Shown piece after piece: positions 13,734 through 30,040 of a stretch of DNA of 64,000 bases (its first letter is position 1; each line of letters begins with the position of its first letter). A program made the translations under genes and the position numbers. The notes under the pieces are model-generated. The model searched no databases, was not told where the DNA came from, and worked only from the letters and a program-made list of their open reading frames with translations. The DNA lies in assembly GCF_009914755.1 (NCBI RefSeq), contig NC_060936.1; one strand, written 5' to 3'. This DNA is from the human T2T-CHM13v2.0 reference genome, Homo sapiens.

Positions 13734-14852
13734 AGTATATAGCTTACAAAAAAGTTTGTATACAGAATAGACAGAGAACACTACAACTCTATAATAAGAA
13801 ATTCTATGAAAATGGTAAAATCGTGGAATAGACACTTTCAAATGAAGATATTCTTACGTTTAATAAACACAAGAAAAGATGCTCAACATCATTGGTCATC
13901 AGAGAAATGTAAATGAAAACCACTATATGTCTACCAGAATGGTTAAAATTAAAAAGACTGAAAACTTTGACTAAATGCTGGCAAGCATGTCGAGGCATTG
14001 GAATGCAGCATTGCTGGTGGGAATGTAAAAGAGTGTAACCACTTTGGAAGATGTCAATTTTTTAAAAGTTGAACATACGCTTTACATACACCCTAACCAT
14101 CCCACTCTGAGGTATTTACCCAAGAAAAATGAAAACATATGACAGCATAAAAGTTTGTATACATATATTCACAGTAATTTTATTTGCTGTAGCTATAAGA
14201 ACTGGAAATAACCCAAATGTCTTTCAACAGGTAATGGAGAGACAAAACGTGGTGCAGCCATATAAGGGGGTACTACCCAGCAATACAAAGGAATGAGCTA
14301 CTAACACACAAAACATCATGAAGGAATCTCAAAATCATCATGCTAAGGGAAGGAATTCAGACACAAAGGAATCTATCTGAATATGAATTTAGTTATATAA
14401 AATTGTAGAACACACAAGCTAATCAATAGCAACCAATGCAGATCAGTTTTTGCCTTGGGGTGTGGGTAGAGGGAATAATAGAGTACAAGGGAACAGAGGG
14501 TATCTTTTGGGGATGGTAGAAATCTTCTGTTTTTTGACCATTGGAGTGGTTTCAAGAGTGTACACATCTCTCAAAACTTCTTAATTTGTGTACCTTAAAT
14601 AAATGGAGTTTTCCGAATACAAATTATAATCCCAATAAAGTTGACTTTAAGCAGGGGAGTGGAGGAGAAACTAAAAGTCAATAATTTTTCATCTTTAAAA
14701 CTGTTGAATGTCACTTTGTATGAGTACATTCACCATTTGTGTAACCTGTGAGTTGGTGAGGCATTTGAATGACCTGATTAGCAGTGTTTTTGTCTGTGAA
14801 ATGTGTGTATTTGGCAGAGTTGTAATCAGGCAGGAGAGGGACAGAGGGTTTG

Positions 14853-15518
14853 TCATGATGCATTAGGACATCTCTGAGGTTCCTCCCGTTGTTGCATAAT
14901 TCTGTCTTCTGTCCCTACGTGGACAAGAGCCCAGGCCTTGTAATTCAACAGACATGCATTCAATTCCAGCTCAGCTATTTCTAGCAGTGTGACCCTGGGC
15001 CAGTTACTAAGTTTCAGTTTCATCAGAGGTAAAATAAGGATAATATACTTACATAGAAATGAGCTGTCATGAGTGGAGCCAAGATGGCCAAATAAGAACA
15101 GCTCCGGTCTACAGCTCCCAGCGTGAGTGATGCAGAAGATGGGTGATTTCTGCATTTCCATCTGAGGTACCGGGTTCATCTCACTAGGGAGTGCCAGACA
15201 GTGGGCACAGGACAGTGGGTGCAGCGCACCATGCACGAGCCGAAGCAGGGTGAGGCATTGCCTCACTTGGGAAGCACAAGGGGTCAGGGAGTTCCCTTTC
15301 CTAGTCAAAGAAAGGGGTGACAGACGGCACCTGGAAAATCGGGTCACTCCCACCCCAATACTGCACTTTTCCAATGGGCTTAAACGGTGCACCAGGAGAT
15401 TATATCCCGCACCTGGCTCAGAGGGTCCTACACCCATGGAGCCTCGCTGATTGCTAGCACAGCAGTCTGAGATCAAACTGAAAGGTGGCAGCGAGGCTGG
15501 GGGAGGGGCGCCCGCCAT
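14853..15518 (-). CDS. L1 antisense ORF0, extended to 221 aa by running into flanking DNA (expression unknown)
   Basis: ATG at 15518 starts MAGAPPPASLPPFSLISDCCASNQRGSMGVGPSEPG, the ORF0 N-terminus. No stop until 14853. Confidence 0.55.
   Translation of the reverse strand: MAGAPPPASLPPFSLISDCCASNQRGSMGVGPSEPGAGYNLLVHRLSPLEKCSIGVGVTRFSRCRLSPLSLTRKGNSLTPCASQVRQCLTLLRLVHGALHPLSCAHCLALPSEMNPVPQMEMQKSPIFCITHAGSCRPELFLFGHLGSTHDSSFLCKYIILILPLMKLKLSNWPRVTLLEIAELELNACLLNYKAWALVHVGTEDRIMQQREEPQRCPNAS
14920..15070 (+). mobile_element. MIR (target of the L1PA insertion, continues ~21253-21310)
   Basis: 'ttccagctcagctatttctagcagtgtgaccctgggccagttact' MIR core. Confidence 0.75.
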
Positions 15519-16101
15519 TGCCCGGGCTTGCTTAGGTAAACAAAGCAGGCGGGAAGCTCGAACTGGGGGGAGCCCACCACAGCTCAAGGAGACCTGCCTG
15601 CCTCTGTAGGCTCCACCTCTGGGGGCAGGGCACAGACAAACAAAAAGACAGCAGTAATCTCTGCAGACTTAAATGTCCCTTCCTGACAGCTTTGAAGAGA
15701 GCAGTGGTTCTCCCAGCACGCAGCTGGAGATCTGAGAATGGGCAGACTGCCTCCTCAAGTGGGTCCCTGACCCCTGACCCCCGAGCACCCTAACTGGGAG
15801 GCACCCCCCAGTAGGGGCAGACTGACACCTCACAAGGCCGTGTACTCCTCTGAGACAAAACTTCCAGAGGAATGATCAGACAGCAGCATTCGCGGTTCAC
15901 GAAAATCCGCTGTTCTGCAGCCACTGCTGCTGGTAGCCAGGCAAACAGGGTCTGGAATGGACCTCTACCAAACTCCAACAGACTTGCAGCTGAGGGTCCT
16001 GTCTGTTAGAAGGAAAACTAACAAACAGAAAGGACATCCACACCAAAAACCCATCTGTACATCACCATCATCAAAGACCAAAAGTAGATAAAACCACAAA
16101 G

Positions 16102-17118
16102 ATGGGGAAAAAACAGAGCAGAAAAACTGGAAACTCTAAAAAGCAGAGTGCCTCTCCTCCTCCAAAGGAACCCAGCTCCTCACCAGCAATGGAACAAAGC
16201 TGGACGGAGAATGACTTTGACGAATTGAGAGAAGAAGGCTTCAGATGATCAAACTACTCCGAGCTTCAGGAGGAAATTCAAACCAAAGGCAAAGAAGTTG
16301 AAAACTTTGAAAAAAATTTAGATGAATGTATAACTAGAATAACCAATACAGAGAAGTGCTTAAAGGAGCTGATGGAGCTGAAAGCCAAGGCTCGAGAACT
16401 ACATGAAGAATGCAGAAGCCTCAGGAGCCAATGCAATCAACTGGAAGAAAGAGTATCAGTGACGGAAGATGAAATGAATGAAATGAAGCGAGAAGGGAAG
16501 TTTAGAGAAAAAAGAATAAAAAGAAACAAACAAAGCCTCCAAGAAAAATGGGACTATGTGAAAAGACCAAATCTACGTCTGATTGGTGTACCTGAAAGTG
16601 ACGGAGAGAATGGAACCAAGTTGGAAAACACTTTGCAGGATATTATCCAGGAGAACTTCCGCAATCTAGCAAGGCAGGCCAACGTTCAGATTCAGGAAAT
16701 ACAGAGAACACCACAAAGATACTCCTCAAGAAGAGCAACTCCAAGACACATAATTATCAGATTCACCAAAGTTGAAATGAAGGAAAAAATGTTAAGGGCA
16801 GCCAGAGAGAAAGGTCGGGTTACCCTCAAAGGGAAGCCCATCAGACTAACAGCGGATCTCTTGGCAGAAACTCTACAAGCCAGAAGAGAGTGAGGGCCAA
16901 TATTCAACATTCTTAAAGAAAAGAATTTTCAACCCAGAATTTCATATCCAGCCAAACTAAGCTTCATAAGTGAAGGAGAAATAAAATACTTTACAGACAA
17001 GCAAATGCTGAGAGATTTTGTCACCACCAGGCCTGCCCTAAAAGAGCTCCTGAAGGAAGCACTAAACATGGAAAGGAACAACCGGTACCAGCCACCGCAA
17101 AATCATGCCAAATTGTAA
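16102..17118 (+). pseudogene. L1 ORF1p (disrupted)
   Basis: 1017-bp span from atggggaaaaaacag. Premature TGA at 16246 and 16891. Motifs 'WDYVKRPNLRLIGVPE' and 'GKPIRLTADL'. Confidence 0.95.
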
Positions 17119-17181
17119 AGACCATCGAGGCTAGGAAGAAACTGCATCAACTAACGAGCAAAATAACCAGCTAACATCTTA

Positions 17182-21006
<3,825 letters not shown>

Positions 21007-21421
21007 ACAATGAGAACACATGGACACTGGAAGGGGAACATCACACTCTGGGGACTGTTGTGGGGTGGGGGGAGTGGGGAGGGATAGCTTTAGGAGATAT
21101 ACCTAATGCTAAATGACGAGTTAATGGGGGCAGCACACCAGCATGGCACATGTATATGTATGTAACTAACGTGCACATTGTGCAATATATCCTAAAACTT
21201 AAAGTATAATAATAATGAAATAAAATTTAAAAAAAAAGAAATGAGCTGTCATATAAAACACTCAGCACACAAAGAAGAAGATACAGAAAAGGTATTTGAT
21301 AGGTATTCAGCTTTTCCCCTTCCTTTTCCAGAAAAATCTTAACACTACTATGTTTGAAATTATGGGTTCTAAGAAAATAACTAATTTTCAGGAGCATTAA
21401 AATATCAGCAAAATCTGTATC

Positions 21422-21441
21422 TTTTGCCTATATAGGCAAAA
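21422..21441. promoter_or_regulatory. Perfect 20-bp palindrome containing a consensus CArG box (CCTATATAGG, 21427-21436)
   Basis: ttttgcctatataggcaaaa is its own reverse complement. CC(A/T)6GG is the SRF motif. Function untested. Confidence 0.4.
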
Positions 21442-22835
21442 TATAAGTGGGAAAGTGGTTAATAAAGACATGTAAAGGGGAAAGTAAAATAAGAATTAAA
21501 TCTTTCCTTTGTTTTGAATCAGTACTTTAAATTCCAAAGACACAAGTTACTTCTTCAAAATGCATTGAAATTGCACTGTAAGTAATTTTTTATATATAAT
21601 CACATTATTAACAGCATAATTTGAAAAATGGAAGCTATAGGACAGCAGAGGATTAGGCCCTTAATCCACAAAACTATATAAGGAAACCTAAGCACACACC
21701 CATTGCTAGGCTCAAAATAAAACAGAAGTTCAGTGACAGTTACACTATCCATTTAACCTCCATTGCTGTTTTCAGTTAAAAAAAATTGGTAAATATTATC
21801 TATGCCTTTCCTGCTATAAAGTAAATATGAACTGTGTGATGTTCATATTGGAAAAGCAAGTATTATATGTAATGTGAAAATGCAATAAAAATAATTTAAA
21901 AACAGAAAGTTATCTTCCTGCCTTATTTAAAAGAGAGAGTCAAGAAAAGAGGGTAATTTGCTTGTGTGTGTTTAAATTATTTTGTTTTTATTGCAGTCTG
22001 TTGACTATTTTACTCATGAATTTGAAATGCTAATTAGGAATGTTGTTTTTTCATCTCATCAATCAGAGCATGCAGTCAGAAGCTTGTTTTTGCTAGTTGG
22101 TGCAACAGCTTATTGTTGGTTCTAGGAAGACACACTTAAACTAAGTAGGAGTAAATGTTTCTTAAAGGCAAATTCAGCTTTCAACAAATAATGTAATTAA
22201 GGAAGTGAATATTGAATGCCTACTTTGTGCAGTTTGTGATTGACTTGATGTCTCCCTGTTTCTGCCCCATCTGCCACTTCTTTTTCATGTCATTTCCTTT
22301 TACACATTTTCTTTTCTAAATCGCATGCTTCCTGCTGGTAGGAGTTGGCACTTACATTGCCAATGGATACCTGCACCTGTGAATGCTCTAGACACCAGTG
22401 GCTTTCGGTATGGAGTGACAGCTGGCTAGAAGTCTGATTCCTTTTCATATAGAATATTTGAAATATATTGTGTTTCATGTCTTCTTATACCTCTCCTTCC
22501 CATCTATATAGACAGGTGAGAGATGCCAGAAATGAATGCAGGTAGAGTTTAGGACCCTGCCTAGGGCACACGAACAGGTAGTAAATACTTGTCATTTAAG
22601 GCTCCAACTGCTTAGAATTTCCTCTGCTTGTGAGCACAACCATAGTGGTGAATGCCAATGCACCAGTGGCCTCTTGTAGGTTTCAGGGAGCTGTTTCTCC
22701 CTGAGTTCAGAGCAGGAAAAAAAATGCATGTTCACACTAAACCACCCTTGCCCTTTATAGCTTTTCCAATAGAGTGAATGAAAGTTATATCCTGGCCCAA
22801 TCACCTGAAACACTGAGAAGGAGTTCAGCAGCTTA

Positions 22836-23363
<528 letters not shown>

Positions 23364-23534
23364 CTAGGAGCCTTTTATTTATGAGTCCTTGGCAGGACAT
23401 TCTAGCTTCTCTCCAAATTGTCTCCATACTGTCTGCCCAAATTTGTGAATCTGGTTCTCCCATGTAAAATTTCTATTTCTGTCAACTGATATTTTAATAA
23501 TAGCTCTTCTTCAATCCCTTTGTCCTCTATATGA

Positions 23535-23940
23535 TTTATTTATTTCTTCAACAAATATTTACTGGGTACTTACTCTGTGCCAGGCACCGTTCTAGGTTTT
23601 GGGAATCCAGTAATAAACAAAACAAACAAAATTTCCTGCTTTAGGGAGTTTACATTCTAGTGGAAGAAAGAAAAAATAACAAAGATAAATAATTAAAATA
23701 TAAAGTAGATTAGGTAGTGACAAATACTGAAGAGAAAATCTAAAGTATTTAGATTTTAGGAAGAGGTAATATGAAATTTTAGGGGGTGGCAAGGATTGAC
23801 ATTTTGGATAAGGTAGCCACTGAGAGGGTGGTGTTGAGTAAAGACCTGGAGAAAGTGAGGGGTGAGCTATATGCATATCTAGGGGGAAGCATCTCAGTCA
23901 AGGGAACAGCAAGTGCAAAGTCCCTGCAGTGAGGACATAC
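23535..23940 (-). mobile_element. L2a 3' end
   Basis: 'ttcaacaaatatttactgggtacttactctgtgccaggcac...ttacattctagtgg'. Confidence 0.85.
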
Positions 23941-24689
23941 CGTTTTGTCTCTGTGCCTTTGCCCTCTTCACACTCCTGTCGTGTTATACCCTTCTCTTCC
24001 AAATTGCACTTCCTTCATTGTCTCTTCTGTGAAGACTTCAAGGTCTCTTCTCTCACTTTCTCTCTCTCTCCCTCCCTCCCTCATTTTGTGTTTTTTTTTT
24101 TTTCATAAGGGCTTCGTTATTCACTATGGGATCTCTTCCCACTCCAGATTCTTGAAGTACGCTTTTGATTTGTACTGATCCTGTAAGGCTTAGGATAGAC
24201 TCTCTTCTTAATTTTGTCATCTGTTTGTATTTATGCCTGTATCTGTCTAATCAACTATGTGTAACCCATGAAGGACTGGGGCCATGTGCATCCTGAAAAG
24301 GACAACAGAGAGCAGGGGTTCAACATGTTTCTTGATATCATTGCTGCTTTTAAAGATATTTTTACCTCACATTTAGAATTATGGTTGTGTTATATTTGGT
24401 AAATAGCCTCTTTTAGAGTTTTCAGGAGTGTGTCCAAAGGTCTTAGATCATTCCCTTGATGATGCCTCCCTCTTTTATTATCTGGCAAATTTTAAACAAT
24501 GATTGGAAGTGAAAATCTAGAAAAGTTCACCCCGGGAACAATTTTGAGCTGACTGTGACTTTCTAGAGCAATTCTTTGAAAAAAATTCTGAAGCTTTTTA
24601 ATATGGAAGGTTTTTGGTAAATTAGTATGCCACTAGGATTTGTTTTTCAGTTTAACATTTTACTCTTCCTTGATATATTGATATCTATT

Positions 24690-24790
24690 TCTCTCGCTCT
24701 CTCTCTCTCTATATATATATACACACAAACACACACATACATATATGCATATATTTTTAATATATTTTATATGTGTGTATTATATATGTT
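24690..24790. repeat. Compound (TC)n(TA)n(CA)n microsatellite
   Basis: Direct reading. Confidence 0.85.
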
Positions 24791-25549
24791 ATGACATAAT
24801 AGGTATTATAACAAATTATGTTGGAATAAATAAATAATAGTGGCATAATAGTATTAAAATTAGCCACAAACAGACTGAACTCAATCATCAGGCAAGGACT
24901 GTTAGATGCACTATTAAACCATGCAAGCTACTATAATGAAATACTAGATGTATTTTTGATAGTTTCATATTATTCTTAGTGAAAGAAAATTTAAGTTTAA
25001 GAAAAAATCTTTTTTAGTTTAAGACATAGATGTTTGATGGTTAAAGATTCAAGTCTGGGCTTCTCATATCTTCAGATAAGTTTCAGATCTTTTCTTTCAT
25101 GACAGCCATTGCTGCCACTTATTCCTCCATGTGGCCTTTGTGAATGGTCATTTTTGGGGTGAGCCCTCTCATCACTGCAGCTTTGAGCTAAACATCCATC
25201 AGGAGAACCCCTTTCCACAGCCATGATAGGAAAATCCTATTGGGACTTTCAAAATTTTGTGCCAGTTACTAAAAAAAAATCTTTGGATAGGTAAAGATAT
25301 TTTCCGCTAAATGATTCCTAAGATTGGATGCCCAATTGAAGCTATCTGAGTGATGTCATGTGAGGAAATGAAGCATATCAAGTTCAACCATGTGCTTAAG
25401 ACTGCTTCATTGTTTCTACATTGGATTCCTGGAGCATTATCTCACACCAACTAGTATCACTTCATTACTACTTCATTTGTCTCTCTAGTTATCCTTTAAC
25501 CTTGTCTTTTGCCTTCCCTGCAGTGAGAGGGTGCACTGGTCTTATTAAC

Positions 25550-26150
25550 TTCATTCATTCATTTAACCAATATTTATTTGCACTTACGATATGCACTGGG
25601 GCTATGATGAAGATGAAATGACAGTTTCTGCTCTCGAAGACTCATAGGTGCAGGAGAGATAGGCAGGTAATTCCAATGCAATATCAGGGCCACTGTGATG
25701 AAGGAGATATGACTAATGAAAGCAGAAAGAAAAGAATGCTGTATGCCTGTATAGGGGGCACCCAGGGAAGGCTTCCCCAGAGAAAGCAGTGGTTAGCCAA
25801 AACTAAAAGTAACTAGGAATTTTCCAAGTGAGAGAAACTTTGGATGATAGGAAATTTCCTTCTAGGAATTATGGGCTGGCTTATTCAAGGAATAGTGAGG
25901 TGTTTGGGATGGCTGAGGCTTAGCATGTGGGAAAGAATGGTAGAAGATGAAGCAGGATGAGTGGGCAGTTACTCCTTTTTAATGGCAAAGTATGTTTAGA
26001 TTTTATCTTACAGGGAACATGAGTAATGGAAAAATTTTAAGAAGGATAATGGCAAGAACATATTTGCATATGAGAGATAATTATTTTAGCATTTGGAAGA
26101 TGGATTTTTAGGAAAGGGTGAGACTAGAGGCCAGACAATTAATAGATGAC
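25550..26150 (-). mobile_element. L2 3' fragment
   Basis: 'ttcattcattcatttaaccaatatttatt' tail followed by a purine-rich L2 body. Confidence 0.65.
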
Positions 26151-26244
26151 CGATAATAGTAAGTGCTGCCGCCAGACTAAAATCCAGATATCCTGGCTCC
26201 AAATCAGGAGGTCTCAACCACTATCTAGGTTGCCTTTCTTGTGC

Positions 26245-26500
26245 AGAGTTCATGAATAGAGTTCAGGAGGCAGTTTACTTGGGTTCAAAACCCTGTTCTG
26301 ACCCTTAGGGGTGGTGAAATTATTGAAGGATCACTTAATCTTTCTTTGTTTCAGTCCCCTCATCTGTATAATGGGGAGAATACAAATATAGTACAACCTC
26401 ATGATGTGTGTGTGTGTGTGTGAAGATTAAGTGGATAAATATTTATAAAGTTCTAATAATTGTGCTTGGCAAATAGCAACCACTGTGTAAATGTTGGCAG
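26245..26500 (+). mobile_element. MIR with internal (TG)n, followed by (TGA)n to ~26545
   Basis: 'tcacttaatctttctttgtttcagtcccctcatctgtataatgggga'. Confidence 0.75.
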
Positions 26501-26794
26501 TGATGATGATGATGCTGGTGGTGATGGTGATGATGATAATGATGTAGGCAACTTTGTCCCACAGCAGGTCCTAATGGAGGGAACTCAGCGGGATGTCCAT
26601 TCCTGGAAACTGTGAGAACTGATCAGTTACTCTGGATAGGAAAGAGATAGGAATTCTCAAATTCTCACTATGACCTTCACAGTCTATTGGCAGTGAGGTC
26701 TTCAGTGAGTTTCCAGATCTAGGTCCACCCATATCTAGAAGCAAGTTGAGCTTTCTCAAAAGGCAATACAAATGATTACTGACTATCTCCTGTT

Positions 26795-26990
26795 GCAGGG
26801 TTCTCAAACATTGGAATGCATCAAAAACATCTGAAGAGTTTGTTTAAACATAGATTTCTGCATTCCAACTCCAGAATTTGTGATTCAATAGATCCAGAGT
26901 AGGATCCAAGAATTTGCTCTTCTAACACATTTGAGGGTGATGCTGATGCTGCTGGTCCTGTCTGGGGTCCACACTTGGAGAACTCCTGCC
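26795..26990. mobile_element. MER5-type hAT DNA transposon MITE
   Basis: Termini 'cagggttctcaaac' and 'acacttggagaactcctg'. Internal 'gtgatgctgatgctgctggtcc'. Confidence 0.85.
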
Positions 26991-27355
26991 CTGTTATGTG
27001 CTCTACTACCTTGCATTAAAGAAAATGAATAAGACTCAGTGTTCCTGGCTTCCTGCTTCCTCCCAAACTGTCTGCTGAGCAACCCCTGATTTCCTCACTG
27101 TTTCAGAAGCACTGGCTCTGTAGGCTCCCAGGATGTGTGTGCTGCATGGATCTCTTCTCATCTGTATAACCTCATCCGTGTAACTAAGAGATTGAACCAA
27201 ATCCCCAGGCCCACTGAATAAGAAATCAGAGTTAAGGCCCCCATGGGAGAGGTGGGTACCTCAGAAGCCAATCTCGTGTGATCCTGCCTTTCATTTCTCT
27301 ATTGCCCCACTGGAATCATTTGTTGTTGAAGTGTCTATGGCTCTGTGTTTGTGAA

Positions 27356-27538
27356 GAAAACAGGCAACTCTCTCTGACATTTTCAGCTGTGATTTTGATT
27401 TTCCATTCCATAGTTAACTAGTTTAAAGGAGCACAAACCAAAGGTTGTCACCATCGCTAATCTTTGCAATGATTAACTAATTAACATAGTGATTGCAAAA
27501 TGAACTATTTTCACAACTCAGTGATTCTGATAACTGTG
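27356..27538. repeat. Unclassified dispersed element A, copy 1
   Basis: Colinear with 47653-47814. Identical 22-bp core catagttaactagtttaaagga (27409-27430). Confidence 0.85.
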
Positions 27539-27554
27539 GTTAGCTTGGGTATCA

Positions 27555-27570
27555 TGTGTGTGTGTACATA

Positions 27571-27602
<32 letters not shown>

Positions 27603-27614
27603 CGAGAGAGAGAG
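27555..27614. repeat. (TG)n(GA)n microsatellite
   Basis: Direct reading. Confidence 0.9.
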
Positions 27615-28585
27615 ATTCTCTAACTCTGATTTCCAGGATTGGCTCCTGTCACTTGGCACCCTTGCTGACTGCACCTGTTTGCAACATTGGGCTACAGGAG
27701 GAGTCCTGGAATGGAAGCCTGATGAAAATGACTGGGTAATTCTTAGGATGAAATAGAAGAAGAAATGTAAGACATTTGGAGTTGGCAAGCAGGCACCCTA
27801 CCAGTTTTGAGATGGGGCAGGTAGGATTTCAATGGCATGTTACATAACCATCCTCTAAAGGGACAGAATGTACATTTCAGTGGCAGAAAAAGAAAAGCAC
27901 TCTGTTCTACTATGGTTAATTGTTATTAATAATTTAAATGTTGCTTTATCATATTACATATTTCTGCTTACATCCAATGACTTACATAAAAAAATCCTTA
28001 GATCCTAGATTTTTGGACTAAGTAATCTTTTTTTAAAAAAAAAAAAAAAAAGCATAAAAGCTCTAATTGAATCCTAGCAAATTTTTGTATTGGGATTTAT
28101 TACACTGTCTCTTTTTGAAGCTTTCAAATATATTAGGATAATAAAAATAAATATTAATCTTAGCAACATACTGGTGATGGTGGCAGACCATCTGTATTTA
28201 GTAGTGGCAAATACCGAGTTCCTACTAGGTCAAGGTATAGCACTAGGTCCTGGGGTGGTTAAAAAAATGTTCTTGCCTTTTTACCAGTTAATAAAGAGAT
28301 TAAACAATTACACATTTGTAATGCAAATTGAATATTTAAAATATCCAATAGATACATAATGCTATGGAGGTTGAGCAAAGGCAGTGCTTTTATCTGATTG
28401 TGAGGATTTGGAGGAATCCTAGGGAAGGGTGTGGAGTACAGAGTTTTGACAGGAGTGACTGGAGGAGGGGCCATCTATTCTGGAGTAAAGAAAGGTGATA
28501 TTTTGGCTCTGTGCAGAGTCACTGAAGGACAATTATGATGAAGCTGGTTCTTGAAATACTTCTTGTTCCCACCAGAGGCTGTCTA

Positions 28586-28936
<351 letters not shown>

Positions 28937-30007
28937 GAAGATGTGTTATACCTTAGAACTCACTCTATGTGAAATGACTGTCACATAGTGAGAGGCTGTC
29001 ACAATGGCCAGGCTTCAAGATGGGTTCATTTCCTCCATTCTCTTGTGCTCTCCTTAAATCATTCCAAGTGTCAAAATTAGTGTTTTCAGAGGAATTGACA
29101 TGTCAACTGGTAGCTTATTGAAACTGGTTGTCATTACAATAAACGTTGCTAGCATTACAATAAGCCTAGAAATACTGGGCTTCTGCCATCTCTCAGAATG
29201 AGAGTCAGGTAGGTGTGAAAGTGATTAAGAAAGCTTTGTATTTAGGGCTGGGGAGGCATTGGCCATACAGTGCAAAGAAAGTATAAGTGAAGGGATGTGA
29301 GATATAGAGGTCATCAGGGTTGAAGCTGAAATGTTGGTGTTGCTTTTTAGAAGTGAGGTTTGTCTGTGGTAAGCATGTTTTTTATGACCAACATTTTTGC
29401 TATGTAAAGCTTAGTAAAAGCTTTTCCTACATAATATGTGAGTGAGATCACTTCAGAAGTAACTCAGGAAATTCTTTTTCCCATAAAAGTTGGGACTGAG
29501 ATTGTTTCTGGCCATTCCCCACAAAGGAGTGATGTAGTTTACAGAAGAAATGGTTTAGAGGATAACTATAAATCCCCACAAAACTTGTTGTTTTCATCCA
29601 TATCACCAGGAAGACACTCAGCAGCACATTTCTGCCTTGAATCAATTCCCAGTAGAGTTAGAAGACCAAACTACTGCAGGCTGAAAAGCACCTGAATGGT
29701 GGACATTGTGTCAAGAAAGGTGGTGAACCCTACTGTCGGACTGAGGTGGAGGCAAGGATAAGTGTGCATTCTTCAGAAAAGGCTCCAGGGATCATCTGGA
29801 AGAAGAGAAGTTATGGGTCATACTTTACCATCTCAGGCTTGTGGACATTGCTCATATTTATGTAACAAAGCCTTTATATCAATATTAGCTTTTCTATGTA
29901 CCAATTTGTTTCTAATTTAAAACAAGCAAGTATAGAAACTTATTATTGACTAGTCTTGGCTACTAAATATGTCTTTAGGTGCTCTTCATGGAGGTAGAGT
30001 GAGTAAG

Positions 30008-30040
<33 letters not shown>
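30008..30040. repeat. (CAA)n microsatellite
   Basis: Direct reading. Confidence 0.92.

Larger units (their letters stand above)
12175..14650 (+). mobile_element. L1MC/ME 3' portion interrupted by MER50 and MLT1F-like LTRs
   Basis: ORF2-like 'KILEENIGENF' and 'MDFVKIKIFCSSKDT'. 3' end 'ataatcccaataaagttgactttaa'. Confidence 0.8.

Noticed and set aside
21050-21085. G-quadruplex-forming G tracts
   Set aside because: Standard L1 3'UTR feature, not locus-specific.
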